In this document: piece after piece, positions 1 through 12,882 of the stretch | How positions within the stretch are numbered: position 1 is the stretch's first letter | Layout: every line of letters starts with the position of its first letter | Assembly (NCBI RefSeq): GCF_006345805.1 | Contig: NC_043006.1 | Span: 82,708,001-82,772,000, forward strand | Reading direction: 5' to 3' | Source of the DNA: Octopus sinensis | Taxonomy: Eukaryota | Length of the DNA: 64,000 nucleotides | Position numbers and translations under genes: made by a program | Notes under the pieces: generated by a model | The model's input: only the letters and a program-made list of their open reading frames with translations | The model's database searches: none | Told to the model about the DNA's origin: nothing

Positions 1-951
1 CCACAACAACAAGAACAACAGAATGAGCCACTCCTAGTTCCCAGCACAATAGCTGACCCTAACATCGGTCAAGCACAACAACAACAACAACAGCCACAGC
101 AACAAGAACAACAACAGCCACTCCTCAACTCTAGCATACTAGATGATTCACTAAATGCCAGTATCTTTTCACCGCTCTCACGGCAACCACCACAATTATC
201 ATCATCATCATCATCACCACCGCTGCCACCATCGTCTTCTATCACCAAAAATACCAACAAAAAAACAAATGAGAAACCACTGCTCTCTTCCCCCACATCA
301 CCACCTCAATACTACTGCAGTAACAAAATCTTAAAGAAACATATGAAGCAGACTGCGCCCCCCACGTCACAAACAAGAAACCCCAAAATTTGCCGCTATT
401 CACTGCGCCAGAGGCTCTGCACAAATAGTGACTGCATCTTCACGCATCTATCTGGCACTAGACGCACTACCGGCCAAGGCTAAAGCACGCATCCCACAAT
501 AACATCAACACCACCAAATAGTAAATCGAAATTCAAAACACACACAACTCGGAGTCCCAAAATCTGCCGGTATTCCCAACGTGAGAGAATATGTCTGCTG
601 AGTGACTGTCCCTTCACTCATCTTCCAGGGACCCGACGCACAAACAGAAACGGAACTTCAAGCCAACACACAAACCTGAATAAAAATAAAAATAAAAACA
701 CACCATGCTGCAGTAATGCTGGTCCAGTCTTTTCAGGAAGACACAAAACCAACAACAACAAAAGTGGAAACTACAACCCTATCCAACAGTGCAACCACAC
801 CTCCAGCCAAAAACTGCTCCCTAAGCAGGAAAATTCTTTTTTAGCCATGTTGAACATGGCAAAAGAGATACACAAAAATATTCTAGCCATCACTCAACAC
901 CATCCTATGCTATTACCCCAGTGCACCAATTCCCCACCTTGCTGCCACTAA
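1..951 (+). pseudogene. LINE ORF1 remnant: Gln/Ser/Pro-rich region plus two tandem CCCH zinc fingers
   Basis: Frame 1 is open from 1 to 951 except one TAA at 481-483. It encodes CRYSLRQRLCTNSDCIFTH (391-447) and CRYSQRERICLLSDCPFTH (565-621). Not in the ORF track. Confidence 0.75.
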
Positions 952-1001
952 CACACACAAAAAATCCAAGCCCCCTGCAACAGTCAAAACCAGCCACTAC
1001 A

Positions 1002-3828
1002 CTAACCTCCACATTTCTACTCAATGCACAAGGTGTCAGCCCTTCCATCAATGCACAAAAATAGAAGGTCCTATTCATTGAAGACTGGGTTGGTAACCAT
1101 CCACACCACATCCCTTTCTTCATTCTCACTGAGACCCACCTTGACAACTCCCACTTGGAAGCCGAAGTGAGAGTGAAGAATTTCACAACCATCCGCGCGG
1201 ATCGTATCGGCAGAAGGAAGGGTGGAACTGCCATTTTCCAGCATGATTCGTTTACGGCAGATGGAAATAGTATATTCTCCAACGGCTACTGTGAATCAGT
1301 CACCGTGCACAACAAAGCCAATGACCTGACAGTAATTGGGCTCTATAGGCCGCCCCAAACACCCATACTGTGCTTTAAAGAATGCCTCAACAGCATTAAG
1401 TGCTTTATTCAACAGTGCCATTCTAGCAACCTACTCATGATGGGAGACTTCAATCTACCCTGTGTTGACTGGACTACAAACTGTTTGAAACCAAGCACTC
1501 CCGCCTCAACCGCTGACAAAGAAGCAGCAGAGTCACTTTTCGACTTTACGAATGAGTTTTTCTTGTCCCAACTTGTCCTTGCACCAACAAGATATCAGAA
1601 CATTTTGGACCTAGTGTTTAGTAACCACACTAACACTATACATAATGTTACAGTGGAAAAAAACCTTCTTTCAGACCATGACATGGTTCTCTGTAACATG
1701 AAATTCCACCAGCCGAAAGCTAATCCTAGTGACCTCCCTCCAGCCCACCCATTTGACAACATGGATCTCCATAATGCCAACTGGGATGCAATCAGGAACG
1801 AGCTATCACATGTTGACTGGTCCTTTACACATACACACATCTCCACCAACCATAAAACATCTTGGCAGATCTTTGTAGACACCGTCACAGACATATGTGC
1901 AAAACACTCCCCACCAAGACCTGTGAACAAAAAGTGCAGAATCCCCCAAAACAGAAAAACCATTATCATAAAAATAAAAAGAACAAACAAAAAAATTAAC
2001 AAACTAAAGTACTGCCAACAGCAACACACACACTGCTTGAATCCAAAAAATATAACCTCCAACAATGCATGAAGACCCTCATCAATAACCAAAGATCAGC
2101 TGAGGAGAAGTGGGCCATTGAAAAAATCAAACTCAACCCCAAAGTTTTCTTTTCATTTGCGAGGAAACGCAGGGTCACTGTCTCCATTGTTGGCCCTCTA
2201 ATTGATGAAACTGGCACTCTCCAAGATAATGCCAAATCCATGGCCGAGATACTGCAGAAACAATACTGCTCTGTTTTCAGCAATCCTGATATGGCCGATC
2301 TGGGCTGTATCAGTGATGTCAACCCCCAACACACTATATCGGACATAACGTTTAGTGCCCCTGATGTCTTAGCGGCGATAAACGAAATAAAACACAATTC
2401 AGCAGTAGGCCCCGATAGGTTCCCTGCTTGTGTCCTGAAGATGTGTCGACACCAACTTGCATCTCCCCTTGCTAATCTGTGGAGAAACTCACTGGATGCT
2501 GGCTATATTCCAAAAAACCTTCTGTCCCAGTCTGTTGTCTCAGTTTTCAAAAAGGGAAACAAGTCCCTTGCAGTGAACTACCGTCCGATCTCACTCACCT
2601 CTCATATCATCAAGGTATTTGAGAGGGTGGTGAGATCTCGAATAACCCAATTTCTGGAAAGCAACAGACAGCTGATCTCTAACCAACATGGGTTCCGTAA
2701 TGGAAGGGACTGCCTAACGCAGCTCCTGCATCACTTTGATGACATTTTGAGAGCTTTGGGAGAGGGCTTCAACACCGATGTCATCTACCTTGATTTCAGT
2801 AAGGCCTTCGACAGGGTCGATCACAAGATCCTATTGAAAAAACTATCCACCATTGGTCTCTCTGGAAAGTTACTGAAATGGATCAAGTGTTTCCTGACAG
2901 ACAGATCTCAACATGTTGTAGTTGAAGGGGTAAAATCAAGCCCAGCCAAAGTCAGTAGTGGCGTTCCGCAAGGCACTGTGCTGGGCCCACTTCTTTTCAT
3001 CATCTACATTAATGACATTAATGACATCATCAAGCACAGCAATATAAAAATCTTTGCAGATGATTCCAAGCTACAGAAGGTCATAAATGAAGCGATGCCC
3101 TGAAACTCCCATACTCCCTTCCTTCAGGTGAAACTCTCGCGGCGTCCAACAACATCAGAGACTTGGGAGTAATTGTGGACAACAACATAAGCTGGGCCAC
3201 TCATATAAACACCAAAGTTGACATGGCCCGCAGAATGTGTTCCTGGATTCTCAGAACTTTCCAGTCGAGAGATATCCACACCATTATCCTTCTCTTCTCC
3301 ACTTTTGCCCGACCCCACCTTGAATACTGTTGTCCACTGTGGTCTCCCCACACAATACAAAGTATCATAAAAGTTGAAGCACCTCAAAGGGCAATCACAA
3401 AAAAGATAGATGGCATGACAGGCCTCGACTATTGGAGTCGACTAGAAAAGCTAAAACTTTATTCTCTCCAACGTCGTCGTGAACGCTACATCATCTGCAT
3501 GATGTGGAAAATATTCCATCAGCATTGCCCAAATGATGTTGGCATCACCTTTAAGGTACATTCAAGGCTTGGGCCCCGTGCCATCCGCCCAAAACAAAAA
3601 TCGCACTCTCATCTCATAACAACAATACGGCACAATTATTTCACCTCAATTGGACCCGCTCTCTTTAACATTACACCAAAACACATTAAAACAGAAACTG
3701 ACACTATAGGGTTCAAGAAGTCTTTGGACAGATTCCTTCAAGAAATCCCGGATAAACCCCCTACACCCGGATATGTCTCTGTAAACAATAACTCTCTACT
3801 TGAGTGGGCCATAGTGCCCACATTCTGA
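1002..3828 (+). pseudogene. LINE ORF2 (AP endonuclease + reverse transcriptase), disrupted
   Basis: ORF-track pieces 1155-2072, 2069-3103 and 3163-3828. There is an early in-frame stop, a frameshift near 2040-2070, and an apparent deletion just after the FADD motif. Confidence 0.9.
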
Positions 3829-3944
3829 CTTGAAAGACTTCACCAGGTGGTGCTATTAAGTTAGACAAGGCCTGAGCCAATAATGGCCGAAACCTATCAC
3901 AGTATCAAAGTATCAAAGTATATATATATATTTATATAAGGTTA

Positions 3945-4560
3945 ATCCAAACGGGAAAACAGAAAAAACAACAACACGTGGAACAATTACAGTATTATTA
4001 TTATTAGGCGCTCAGGAAAATGGAAGACGTAGGACGTTTCGAGCGGAGCTCTTCGTCGGAAACATAGGAGAAAGAAAGATCCCGAGACGGGAGGACAGAG
4101 GAAAAAAAATTGCAGGTAGTCTTCACGAGGTCACATACTGAAAAGACGGAAGTTGTAAAAAAGGAGGAAAATGTTTTTTAAAAACAGGAGAGCTGAATCA
4201 TAGAGGGAATGGTAAAAAAGGTGTGCGAGAAAACGAGGGTGTGTGTATGTGTGTGTGCGTGTGTGTGTATGTGTGTGTATGGTGGACAGTGGCTTGGAGC
4301 AGGCAGTAGTAGAGTTAAAGGAGTGTGTGGGGGTACCCTAGCAAGTGAGAAAGGCAGGTCAGTAACAGGGAGGTATGTGTGTGTGCGTGTGTATGCATGT
4401 GTGAGTGTGTGCGTGTGTGTATGTGTGTGTGAGGCGAGATAAAAAAACAAATATGTATATGTTAGTGCGTGCAGGGCGAACAGATGACAAAGCAAGTCTC
4501 GAGTGAGTGGTCAGTGGTAAAAAATGGGAGGAAGGAGGGAAGAAGGGAAGGAGGGAAGAA
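3945..4560 (-). mobile_element. Probable Penelope-like terminal-repeat remnant with a degenerate hammerhead-like motif
   Basis: The minus strand at 4026-4059 reads CCGACGA-A-GAGC/GCTC-GAAA-CGT(cct)ACG-TC. Stem I does not pair. Confidence 0.4.
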
Positions 4561-4615
4561 GGGAAGGAGGGAAGAAGGGAATGAGAGAAAGGGTGGGGGC
4601 GTATGTAACGTGCCA

Positions 4616-4666
<51 letters not shown>

Positions 4667-4667
<1 letters not shown>

Positions 4668-6925
4668 GGTGTTTTTGCCGGCTTTGATGATCTCTGAGGG
4701 GATGCCGTCTTTTCCCGGAGCCTTATTTCTTGCTAGGGAGTCAACAGCCTTGGTGAGCTCTGCTATAGATGGCGGACTGTCAAGTTCGCACATGACTGGC
4801 AAGATCTTGACACTCTCGACTGCAGCCTCAGCCACTGTGGTCTCCCGTGAGTAGAGATCCTGGTAGTGCTCCACCCATCTATCCATTTGCTTGCCTTGAT
4901 CCCTGATGAGATCTCCAGTAGTTGATTTCAGAGGAGCTGACTTGGTTGCGGATGGACCGAGGGCCTTCTTCAAACCAGCATACATCCCACGGGTGTCGCC
5001 CCTGTCAGCAGCTGACTGGATACTCTGACAGATTTCCTGCCAATACCTATTTGCACAGCATCTGGCTGTCAGTTGGGTTTTATTTCGTGCCTTTCTGAGT
5101 TCTTCGAGTGACTTTGTAGAAGAGTCACTCTTGTATTGCACCAGAGCTGCACGCTTTGCTTCGATAACTGGCTCCAGCTCTGAGAGCCCAGCATTGAACC
5201 AATCTGGGTTTTGCCTTTCTCTCATGCCGGTGTCAGTGCTGGGAAGAGGGTACAGTCCCTCAGGATATGCGGGATGCAACATCATTACGCTCTACAAAAA
5301 CAAAGGTGACCGTGGTGATTGTAACAATTACCGTGGTATATCCCTTCTAAGCACTGTTGGAAAGACATTTGCCCGCGTTATCCTGGCCAGGCTACAACTA
5401 CTTGCTTCTCGAATCTATCCGGAATCGCAGTGTGGCTTTAGAAGAAGCAGATCAACTATCGATATGATATTCTCCATACGCCAACTTCAGGAGAAGTCCA
5501 GAGAGCAGAAAATGCCATTATATATGGCTTCATTGATCTAACAAAGGCTTTTGACTCGGTAAGCAGAACAGGCCTCTTCCTCCTGCTCCAAAAAATCGGA
5601 TGTCCACCAAAGCTGCTGAGGATCATCAAGTCTTTCCATGATGACATGCAAGGCACCATACAGCACAACGGTTCAACATCAGCCGCCTTCCAAATAAAAA
5701 AACGGGGTAAAGCAAGGCTGTGTCCTCGCTCCTACATTGTTTGGCATCTTCTTCTCACTCTTGCTGTCACATGCCTTTCAGACATCAGATGATGGAGTGT
5801 TTCTGCACAGTAGAAGTGACGGGAAACTGTTCATTCTCTCGCGCCTGCGTGCCAAGACCAAAATCAGAAACGTCCTGATCAAGGAGATGTTATTTGCTGA
5901 TGATGCCGCTCTGGTAACACACACAGAAGAAGCCCTCCAAAAGCTCATTAACTGTTTTGAGCAAGCATGTAACGACTTTGGCTTAGCTATCAGCCTTAAG
6001 AAGACCAACATCATGGGCCAGGCTACATCGGACATCCCAAACATACATATTGGAGACCACAGATTACAAGAGGTGGAGAAGTTTACCTATCTGGGCTCTA
6101 CCGTCACCTACAACCTATCCCTTGACGCTGAGCTCAATATACGCATTGGCAAGGCAGCTGCTGCGATGGCCCAACTCTCCAAACGGGCTTGGGACAACAA
6201 TAAGCTGACCAAGACCACAAAAATGAAGATCTGCCAGGCATGTGTACTCAGCACTCTACTGTATGGAAGCGAGACCTGGACGCTATACACACGCCAAGAG
6301 CGTCGCCTAAACATCTTTCACCTGCGCTGCCTCCGAAAAATCCTCCACATCAAATGGCAGAATCATATCCCCAACAAAGATGTCCTCAGGCAAGCAGGAA
6401 TACCAAGCATGTTTGCACTCCTCACACAAAGACGTATGAGATGGCTTGGGCATGTTAGCCGTATGAAAGATGGCAGAATCCCCAAGGACATACTCTACGG
6501 AGAGCTTGCTAGGGGTACTAGGTCTGTGGGTAGACCGATCTTACGTTACAAGGATGTTTGCAAAAGGGATATGAAGGCCTGCAACATCAACATTAGCGGT
6601 TGGGAGGCAGTCGCCGGCAACCGTGGAGAATGGCGACGTACAGTAAAAGAGGGTATACAGAGGAGTGACAGAAAGAGAGAGGAGAAACGGAAAGAAAGGA
6701 AGAGACATAAACAAGAGACCATGGCACTACAACCAGCCAGGAACAGTCTTCGCTACATTTGCAGTACCTGCCAGAGGGAGTGTTTGTCCAGGATAGGACT
6801 ACACAGCCACAGCAAGAAATGTAACAGGAAATAAAATATAACAGCCGGACTAGACCTGAAAAAAAAAAAAAAAAATATGCGCAACTCCATTGTCTCCCGA
6901 GACAGAAAGGATGCCAAACAATATT
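4667..6925 (+). mobile_element. 5'-truncated RTE-clade LINE with inverted 5' segment
   Basis: 4667-5229 encodes the pre-RT region on the minus strand (RQNPDWF...KAPGKDGIPSEIIKAG). 5231-6834 encodes RT on plus (NYRGISLLS, QCGFR, KQGCVLAP, LFADD) and a C2H2 finger (CSTCQRECLSRIGLHSH). Frameshifts near 5530 and 5700 lie in homopolymers. Flanked by (TA)n. Confidence 0.92.
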
Positions 6926-6933
6926 TATTATAT

Positions 6934-6989
<56 letters not shown>

Positions 6990-7102
6990 TTATATGTATA
7001 TATATATATATTATATATATGTATATATATATATATATTGTATATGTATATATATATATATTTATATATATGTATATATATATATATTTATATATATGTA
7101 TA

Positions 7103-7147
<45 letters not shown>

Positions 7148-7195
7148 ATATATATATATATATAATATTATATATATATAATATATATATATATA

Positions 7196-7231
<36 letters not shown>

Positions 7232-7232
7232 T
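6926..7232. repeat. Imperfect (TA)n microsatellite
   Basis: Seen directly in the sequence. Confidence 0.95.
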
Positions 7233-7234
7233 AT

Positions 7235-7480
7235 CAACAATTGAGGGTAAAATTAATTAGTTATTAATCAATTTCACCAAGTATTCAGTATGTAAAAGGA
7301 CCATTTAAGGCGAAATCAAAATATTACATTATATAATTAGGGCTTAGTAAAGTAAATTACTTTGCCACATACTGAACTTGCTAGAAATAGCAGCCAAAAA
7401 AAAAGTTTTTTTGGCTGCTATTTCTAGCAAGTTCAGTATGTGGCAAAGTAATTTACTTTACTAAGCCCTAATTATATAAT
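7235..7480. repeat. Inverted, diverged partial copy of the 549-bp array unit ending in a perfect fold-back palindrome
   Basis: 7235-7404 is reverse-complementary to the GCTGCTATTTCT...CCCTCAATTGTTGA part of the array unit. Arms 7328-7402 and 7406-7480 are exact 75-bp inverted repeats with a 3-nt spacer. Confidence 0.9.
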
Positions 7481-7865
7481 ATATATAAATATATATATTT
7501 ATAACGATAAAAATTCGCAACACACACGCACACACACATACACACACATATATATATATATACATAAATATCAATAATACAGTGATTGTTTCTTATCAGG
7601 AATAAAATGTTTAATAGGACTGCTATAGAAGTTCTCAATTAAATGAGACAAATATATTAAATCAATCAATCAATCAATCATATATCTATATATATATATA
7701 TTTATATATATATATCTATATACATACATTCTACATTGAGAGAAGAAGGAGATGGACAATTCAATTCGATGCTGCTGCCGCATTTTGTCGTACGGGAACG
7801 AGAAGATTTGCATCCCCAGCCAAGAATTTCGGAACTAACACATGTCCTTGTGGAAGCTGTTGTGA

Positions 7866-7943
7866 GCGGCTGAAGAAGGCCACAGACATACATTATGATT
7901 TGTTATGTATCTGTCTAATAAAGGCCCGAAACATATGTACCGC
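7866..7943 (+). ncRNA. Minimal type I hammerhead ribozyme in a probable PLE remnant
   Basis: Stem I GCGG/CCGC, core CTGAAGA, stem II GGCC/GGCC with an extended hairpin, then GAAA-C-ATAT-G-TA (palindromic stem III). GUA cleavage after 7939. The base pair at the foot of stem II is an A-C mismatch. Confidence 0.65.
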
Positions 7944-7989
7944 CGAATCCTTCGCCTCATGTTTTTATTTTTATTTTTATTTTGTTTTT

Positions 7990-8068
7990 ATTTTTATTTT
8001 TATTTTTATTTTGATCAATCTATATACATATATATATATATATATATATAATATATATCTTATTACAG

Positions 8069-8137
<69 letters not shown>

Positions 8138-8612
8138 GATATATCTATATATATATAATATATATATATAATTTATATATCTATTATATATATATATTAT
8201 ATATATATATATATATAATTATTATATATCTATATATCTATATATATCTATATATATATATATATCTATAATATATATATTTATCTATATATATTATATA
8301 TATATATATATATATCTATATATATCTATATATATATATATATATATCTATATATCTATCTATATATATATATATATATATCTATATATCTATATATATA
8401 TATATTATATCTATATATATATCTCTATATATATATATATTCTAATATATATTTCTATATATATATTTATATATCTATTTTTATATACATATATTTATAT
8501 ATCTATTATATATATATATTATATTTATATATAACATATATATATATTTATATATATATTTATATATATATATATATATTTATATATACATATATATATT
8601 TATATATATATT

Positions 8613-8661
<49 letters not shown>

Positions 8662-8845
8662 ATATATATATATTAATATATTATATATATATATAGATAT
8701 ATTCATATATATTTATTTATATTATAATATATATAATATATATATTTATTTATATATATATATATTTATTTAATATATATATATTTATTTATATATCTAT
8801 ATATTATTTACTATATATTTATATATATAATATATAATATATAGA
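7990..8845. repeat. Long imperfect (TA)n/(TATC) microsatellite
   Basis: Seen directly in the sequence. Confidence 0.95.
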
Positions 8846-8980
8846 TATGGGGAGAGCAGAAATTTTTCTCTTGCATATTTGAGTTTGTTGGCACTGTTAG
8901 TTTGGAACAGATCTTCAGAAGCGATAACAAGCCGAAAGGGTATGCTCCCATTTTCAGTGTTTTCTAATTCAAACAAGGGC

Positions 8981-9040
8981 ATTCTGAGCTGATGAGAGAA
9001 GGGTCGATTTTGGCTAATCTTGAAACGTACGTACTCAAAT
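8981..9040 (+). ncRNA. Minimal type I hammerhead ribozyme, array copy 1
   Basis: ATT(C)TGAG-CTGATGA-GAGA...TCTT-GAAA-C-GTAC-G-TA/CTCAAAT: 7-bp stem I with a bulged C, 4-bp stem II, palindromic stem III, GUA site. Confidence 0.8.
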
Positions 9041-9529
9041 AACCTTTTCATTTGATTTTTTATGTCTCTACCCTCATACTTTCTTGAGTTGAATTGAGCA
9101 AACACTATATGAGAGGGTTTTCTTTAAGTGTTAGAAATAGTTTCTTTAGCTGCTATTTCTAACGAGTTCAGTATGCGGCAAGTAATTTATTTTACTAAGC
9201 CCTTTTATATAATGTAATAATTTTTGATTTGCCTTAAATGGTCCCTTTGCATACTGAATACTTGGTGAAATTGATTAATTAATTAATTAATTTTACCCTC
9301 AATTGTTGAAATTATAATTCATCTCTCTCTACTTAATTGTCTCGGATTTTACCGAAAAAAGCATAGTGTTTGCTGATTTTAACCCACGCTGGTGGAAGGG
9401 GAGAGCAGAAATTTTTCTCTTGCATATTTGAGTTTGTTGGCACTGTTAGTTTGGAACAGATCTTCAGAAGCGATAACAAGCCGAAAGGGTATGCTCCCAT
9501 TTTCAGTGTTTTCAAATTCAAACAAGGGC

Positions 9530-9589
9530 ATTCTGAGCTGATGAGAGAAGGGTCGATTTTGGCTAATCTTGAAACGTACGTACTCAAAT
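9530..9589 (+). ncRNA. Hammerhead ribozyme, array copy 2
   Basis: Same motif; CTGATGA at 9538, cleavage after 9582. Confidence 0.8.
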
Positions 9590-10078
9590 AACCTTTGCAT
9601 TTGATTTTTTAATGTCTCTACCCTCATACTTTCTAGTTGAATTGAGCAAACACTATATGAGAGAGGTTTTCTTTAAGTGTTAGAAATAGTTTTTTTTTAG
9701 CTGCTATTTCTAACGAGTTCAGTATGCGGCAAAGTAATTTTTTACTAAGCCCTTTTATAAATGTAATAATTTGAATGTGCCTTAAATGGTCCCTTTGCAT
9801 ACTGAATACTTGGTGAAATTGATTAATTAATTAATTAATTTTACCCTCAATTGTTGAAATTATAATTCATCTCTCTCTACTTAATTGTCTCGGATTTTAC
9901 CGAAAAAAGCATAGTGTTTGCTGATTTTAACCCACGCTGGTGGAAAGGGGAGAGCAGAAATTTTTCTCTTGCATATTTGAGTTTGTTGGCACTGTTAGTT
10001 TGGAACAGATCTTCAGAAGCGATAACAAGCCGAAAGGGTATGCTCCCATTTTCAGTGTTTTCAAATTCAAACAAGGGC

Positions 10079-10138
10079 ATTCTGAGCTGATGAGAGAAGG
10101 GTCGATTTTGGCTAATCTTGAAACGTACGTACTCAAAT
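10079..10138 (+). ncRNA. Hammerhead ribozyme, array copy 3
   Basis: CTGATGA at 10087, cleavage after 10131. Confidence 0.8.
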
Positions 10139-10629
10139 AACCTTTGCATTTGATTTTTTAATGTCTCTACCCTCATACTTTCTTGAGTTGAATTGAGCAA
10201 ACACTATATGAGAGAGGTTTTCTTTAAGTGTTAGAAATAGTTTTTTTAGCTGCTATTTCTAACGAGTTCAGTATGCGGCAAAGTAATTTATTTTACTAAG
10301 CCCGTTTATATAATGTAATAATTTGAATTTGCCTTAAATGGTCCCTTTGCATACTGAATACTTGGTGAAATTGATTAATTAATTATTAATTTTACCCTCA
10401 ATTGTTGAAATTATAATTCATCTCTCTCTACTTAATTGTCTCGGATTTTACCGAAAAAAGCATAGTGTTTGCTGATTTTAACCCACGCTGGTGGAAAGGG
10501 GAGAGCAGAAATTTTTCTCTTGCATATTTGAGTTTGTTGGCACTGTTAGTTTGGAACAGATCTTCAGAAGCGATAACAAGCCGAAAGGGTATGCTCCCAT
10601 TTTCAGTGTTTTCAAATTCAAACAAGGGC

Positions 10630-10688
10630 ATTCTGAGCTGATGAGAGAAGGGTCGATTTTGCTAATCTTGAAACGTACGTACTCAAAT
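10630..10688 (+). ncRNA. Hammerhead ribozyme, array copy 4
   Basis: CTGATGA at 10638, cleavage after 10681. Confidence 0.8.
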
Positions 10689-11177
10689 AACCTTTGCATT
10701 TGATTTTTTAATGTCTCTACCCTCATACTTTCTGAGTTGAATTGAGCAAACACTATATGAGAGAGGTTTTCTTTAAGTGTTAGAAATAGTTTTTTTAGCT
10801 GCTATTTCTAACGAGTTCAGTATGCGGCAAAGTAATTTATTTTACTAAGCCCTTTTATATAATGTAATAATTTGAATTTGCCTTAAATGGTCCCTTTGCA
10901 TACTGAATACTTGGTGAAATTGATTAATTAATTAATTAATTTTACCCTCAATTGTTGAAATTATAATTCATCTCTCTCTACTTAATTGTCTCGGATTTTA
11001 CCGAAAAAAGCATAGTGTTTGCTGATTTTAACCCCCGCTGGTGGAAAGGGGAGAGCAGAAATTTTTCTCTTGCATATTTGAGTTTGTGGCACTGTTAGTT
11101 TGGAACAGATCTTCAGAAGCGATAACAAGCCGAAAGGGTATGCTCCCATTTTCAGTGTTTTCAATTCAAACAAGGGC

Positions 11178-11237
11178 ATTCTGAGCTGATGAGAGAAGGG
11201 TCGATTTTGGCTAATCTTGAAACGTACGTACTCAAAT
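11178..11237 (+). ncRNA. Hammerhead ribozyme, array copy 5
   Basis: CTGATGA at 11186, cleavage after 11230. Confidence 0.8.
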
Positions 11238-11726
11238 AACCTTTGCATTTGATTTTTTAATGTCTCTACCCTCATACTTTCTTGAGTTGAATTGAGCAAA
11301 CACTATATGAGAGAGGTTTTTTTAAGTGTTAGAAATAGTTTTTTAGCTGCTATTTCTAACGAGTTCAGTATGCGGCAAAGTAATTTATTTTACTAAGCCC
11401 TTTTATATAATGTAATAATTTGAATTTGCCTAAATGGTCCCTTTGCATACTGAATACTTGGTGAAATTGATTAATTAATTAATTAATTTTACCCTCAATT
11501 GTTGAAATTATAATTCATCTCTCTCTACTTAATTGTCTCGGATTTTACCGAAAAAAGCATAGTGTTTGCTGATTTTACCCCACGCTGGTGGAAAGGGGAG
11601 AGCAGAAATTTTTCTCTTGCATATTTGAGTTTGTTGGCACTGTTAGTTTGGAACAGATCTTCAGAAGCGATAACAAGCCGAAAGGGTATGCTCCCATTTT
11701 CAGTGTTTTCAAATTCAAACAAGGGC

Positions 11727-11786
11727 ATTCTGAGCTGATGAGAGAAGGGTCGATTTTGGCTAATCTTGAAACGTACGTACTCAAAT
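11727..11786 (+). ncRNA. Hammerhead ribozyme, array copy 6
   Basis: CTGATGA at 11735, cleavage after 11779. Confidence 0.8.
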
Positions 11787-12276
11787 AACCTTTGCATTTG
11801 ATTTTTTAATGTCTCTACCCTCATACTTTCTTGAGTTGAATTGAGCAAACACTATATGAGAGAGGTTTTCTTTAAGTGTTAGAAATAGTTTTTTTAGCTG
11901 CTATTTCTAACGAGTTCAGTATGCGGCAAAGTAATTTATTTTACTAAGCCTTTTATATAATGTAATAATTTGAATTTGCCTTAAATGGTCCCTTTGCATA
12001 CTGAATACTTGGTGAAATTGATTAATTAATTAATTAATTTTACCCTCAATTGTTGAAATTATAATTCATCTCTCTCTACTTAATTGTCTCGGATTTTACC
12101 GAAAAAAGCATAGTGTTTGCTGATTTTAACCCACGCTGGTGGAAAGGGGAGAGCAGAAATTTTTCTCTTGCATATTTGAGTTTGTGGCACTGTTAGTTTG
12201 GAACAGATCTTCAGAAGCGATAACAAGCCGAAAGGGTATGCTCCCATTTTCAGTGTTTTCAAATTCAAACAAGGGC

Positions 12277-12335
12277 ATTCTGAGCTGATGAGAGAAGGTC
12301 GATTTTGGCTAATCTTGAAACGTACGTACTCAAAT
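12277..12335 (+). ncRNA. Hammerhead ribozyme, array copy 7
   Basis: CTGATGA at 12285, cleavage after 12328. Confidence 0.8.
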
Positions 12336-12822
12336 AACCTTTGCATTTGATTTTTTATGTCTCTACCCTCATACTTTCTTGAGTTGAATTGAGCAAACAC
12401 TATATGAGAGAGGTTTTCTTTAAGTGTTAGAAATAGTTTTTTTAGCTGCTATTTCTAACGAGTTCAGTATGCGGCAAAGTAATTTATTTTACTAAGCCCT
12501 TTTATATAATGTAATAATTTGAATTTGCCTTAAATGGTCCCTTTGCATACTGAATACTTGGTGAATTGATTAATTAATTAATTAATTTTACCCTCAATTG
12601 TTGAAATTATTTCATCTCTCTCTACTTAATTGTCTCGGATTTTACCGAAAAAAGCATAGTGTTTGCTGATTTTAACCCACGCTGGTGGAAAGGGGAGAGC
12701 AGAAATTTTTCTCTTGCATATTTGAGTTTGTTGGCACTGTTAGTTTGGAACAGATCTCAGAAGCGATAACAAGCCGAAAGGGTATGCTCCCATTTTCAGT
12801 GTTTTCAAATTCAAACAAGGGC

Positions 12823-12882
12823 ATTCTGAGCTGATGAGAGAAGGGTCGATTTTGGCTAATCTTGAAACGTACGTACTCAAAT
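12823..12882 (+). ncRNA. Hammerhead ribozyme, array copy 8
   Basis: CTGATGA at 12831, cleavage after 12875. Confidence 0.8.

Larger units (their letters stand above)
1..3925 (+). mobile_element. Near full-length, degenerate CR1/L2-group LINE (ORF1 + APE-RT ORF2), 5' end outside the window
   Basis: ORF1 remnant, APE motifs (LTETHL, MGDFNLP, LDLVF, SDH), RT motifs (YRPISLTS, QHGFR, YLDFSKAFD, GVPQGTVLGP, FADD), C-terminal region 3163-3828, and a 3' tail of CAAAGTAT repeats near 3900-3925. Confidence 0.92.

Noticed and set aside
4026-4059. Hammerhead-like motif as an active ribozyme
   Set aside because: U4C change and no stem I pairing; kept only as low-confidence PLE evidence.
9440-9475. Minus-strand CTGAAGA plus hairpin in each array unit as a second hammerhead
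   Set aside because: No GAAA follows the hairpin, so the core is incomplete.
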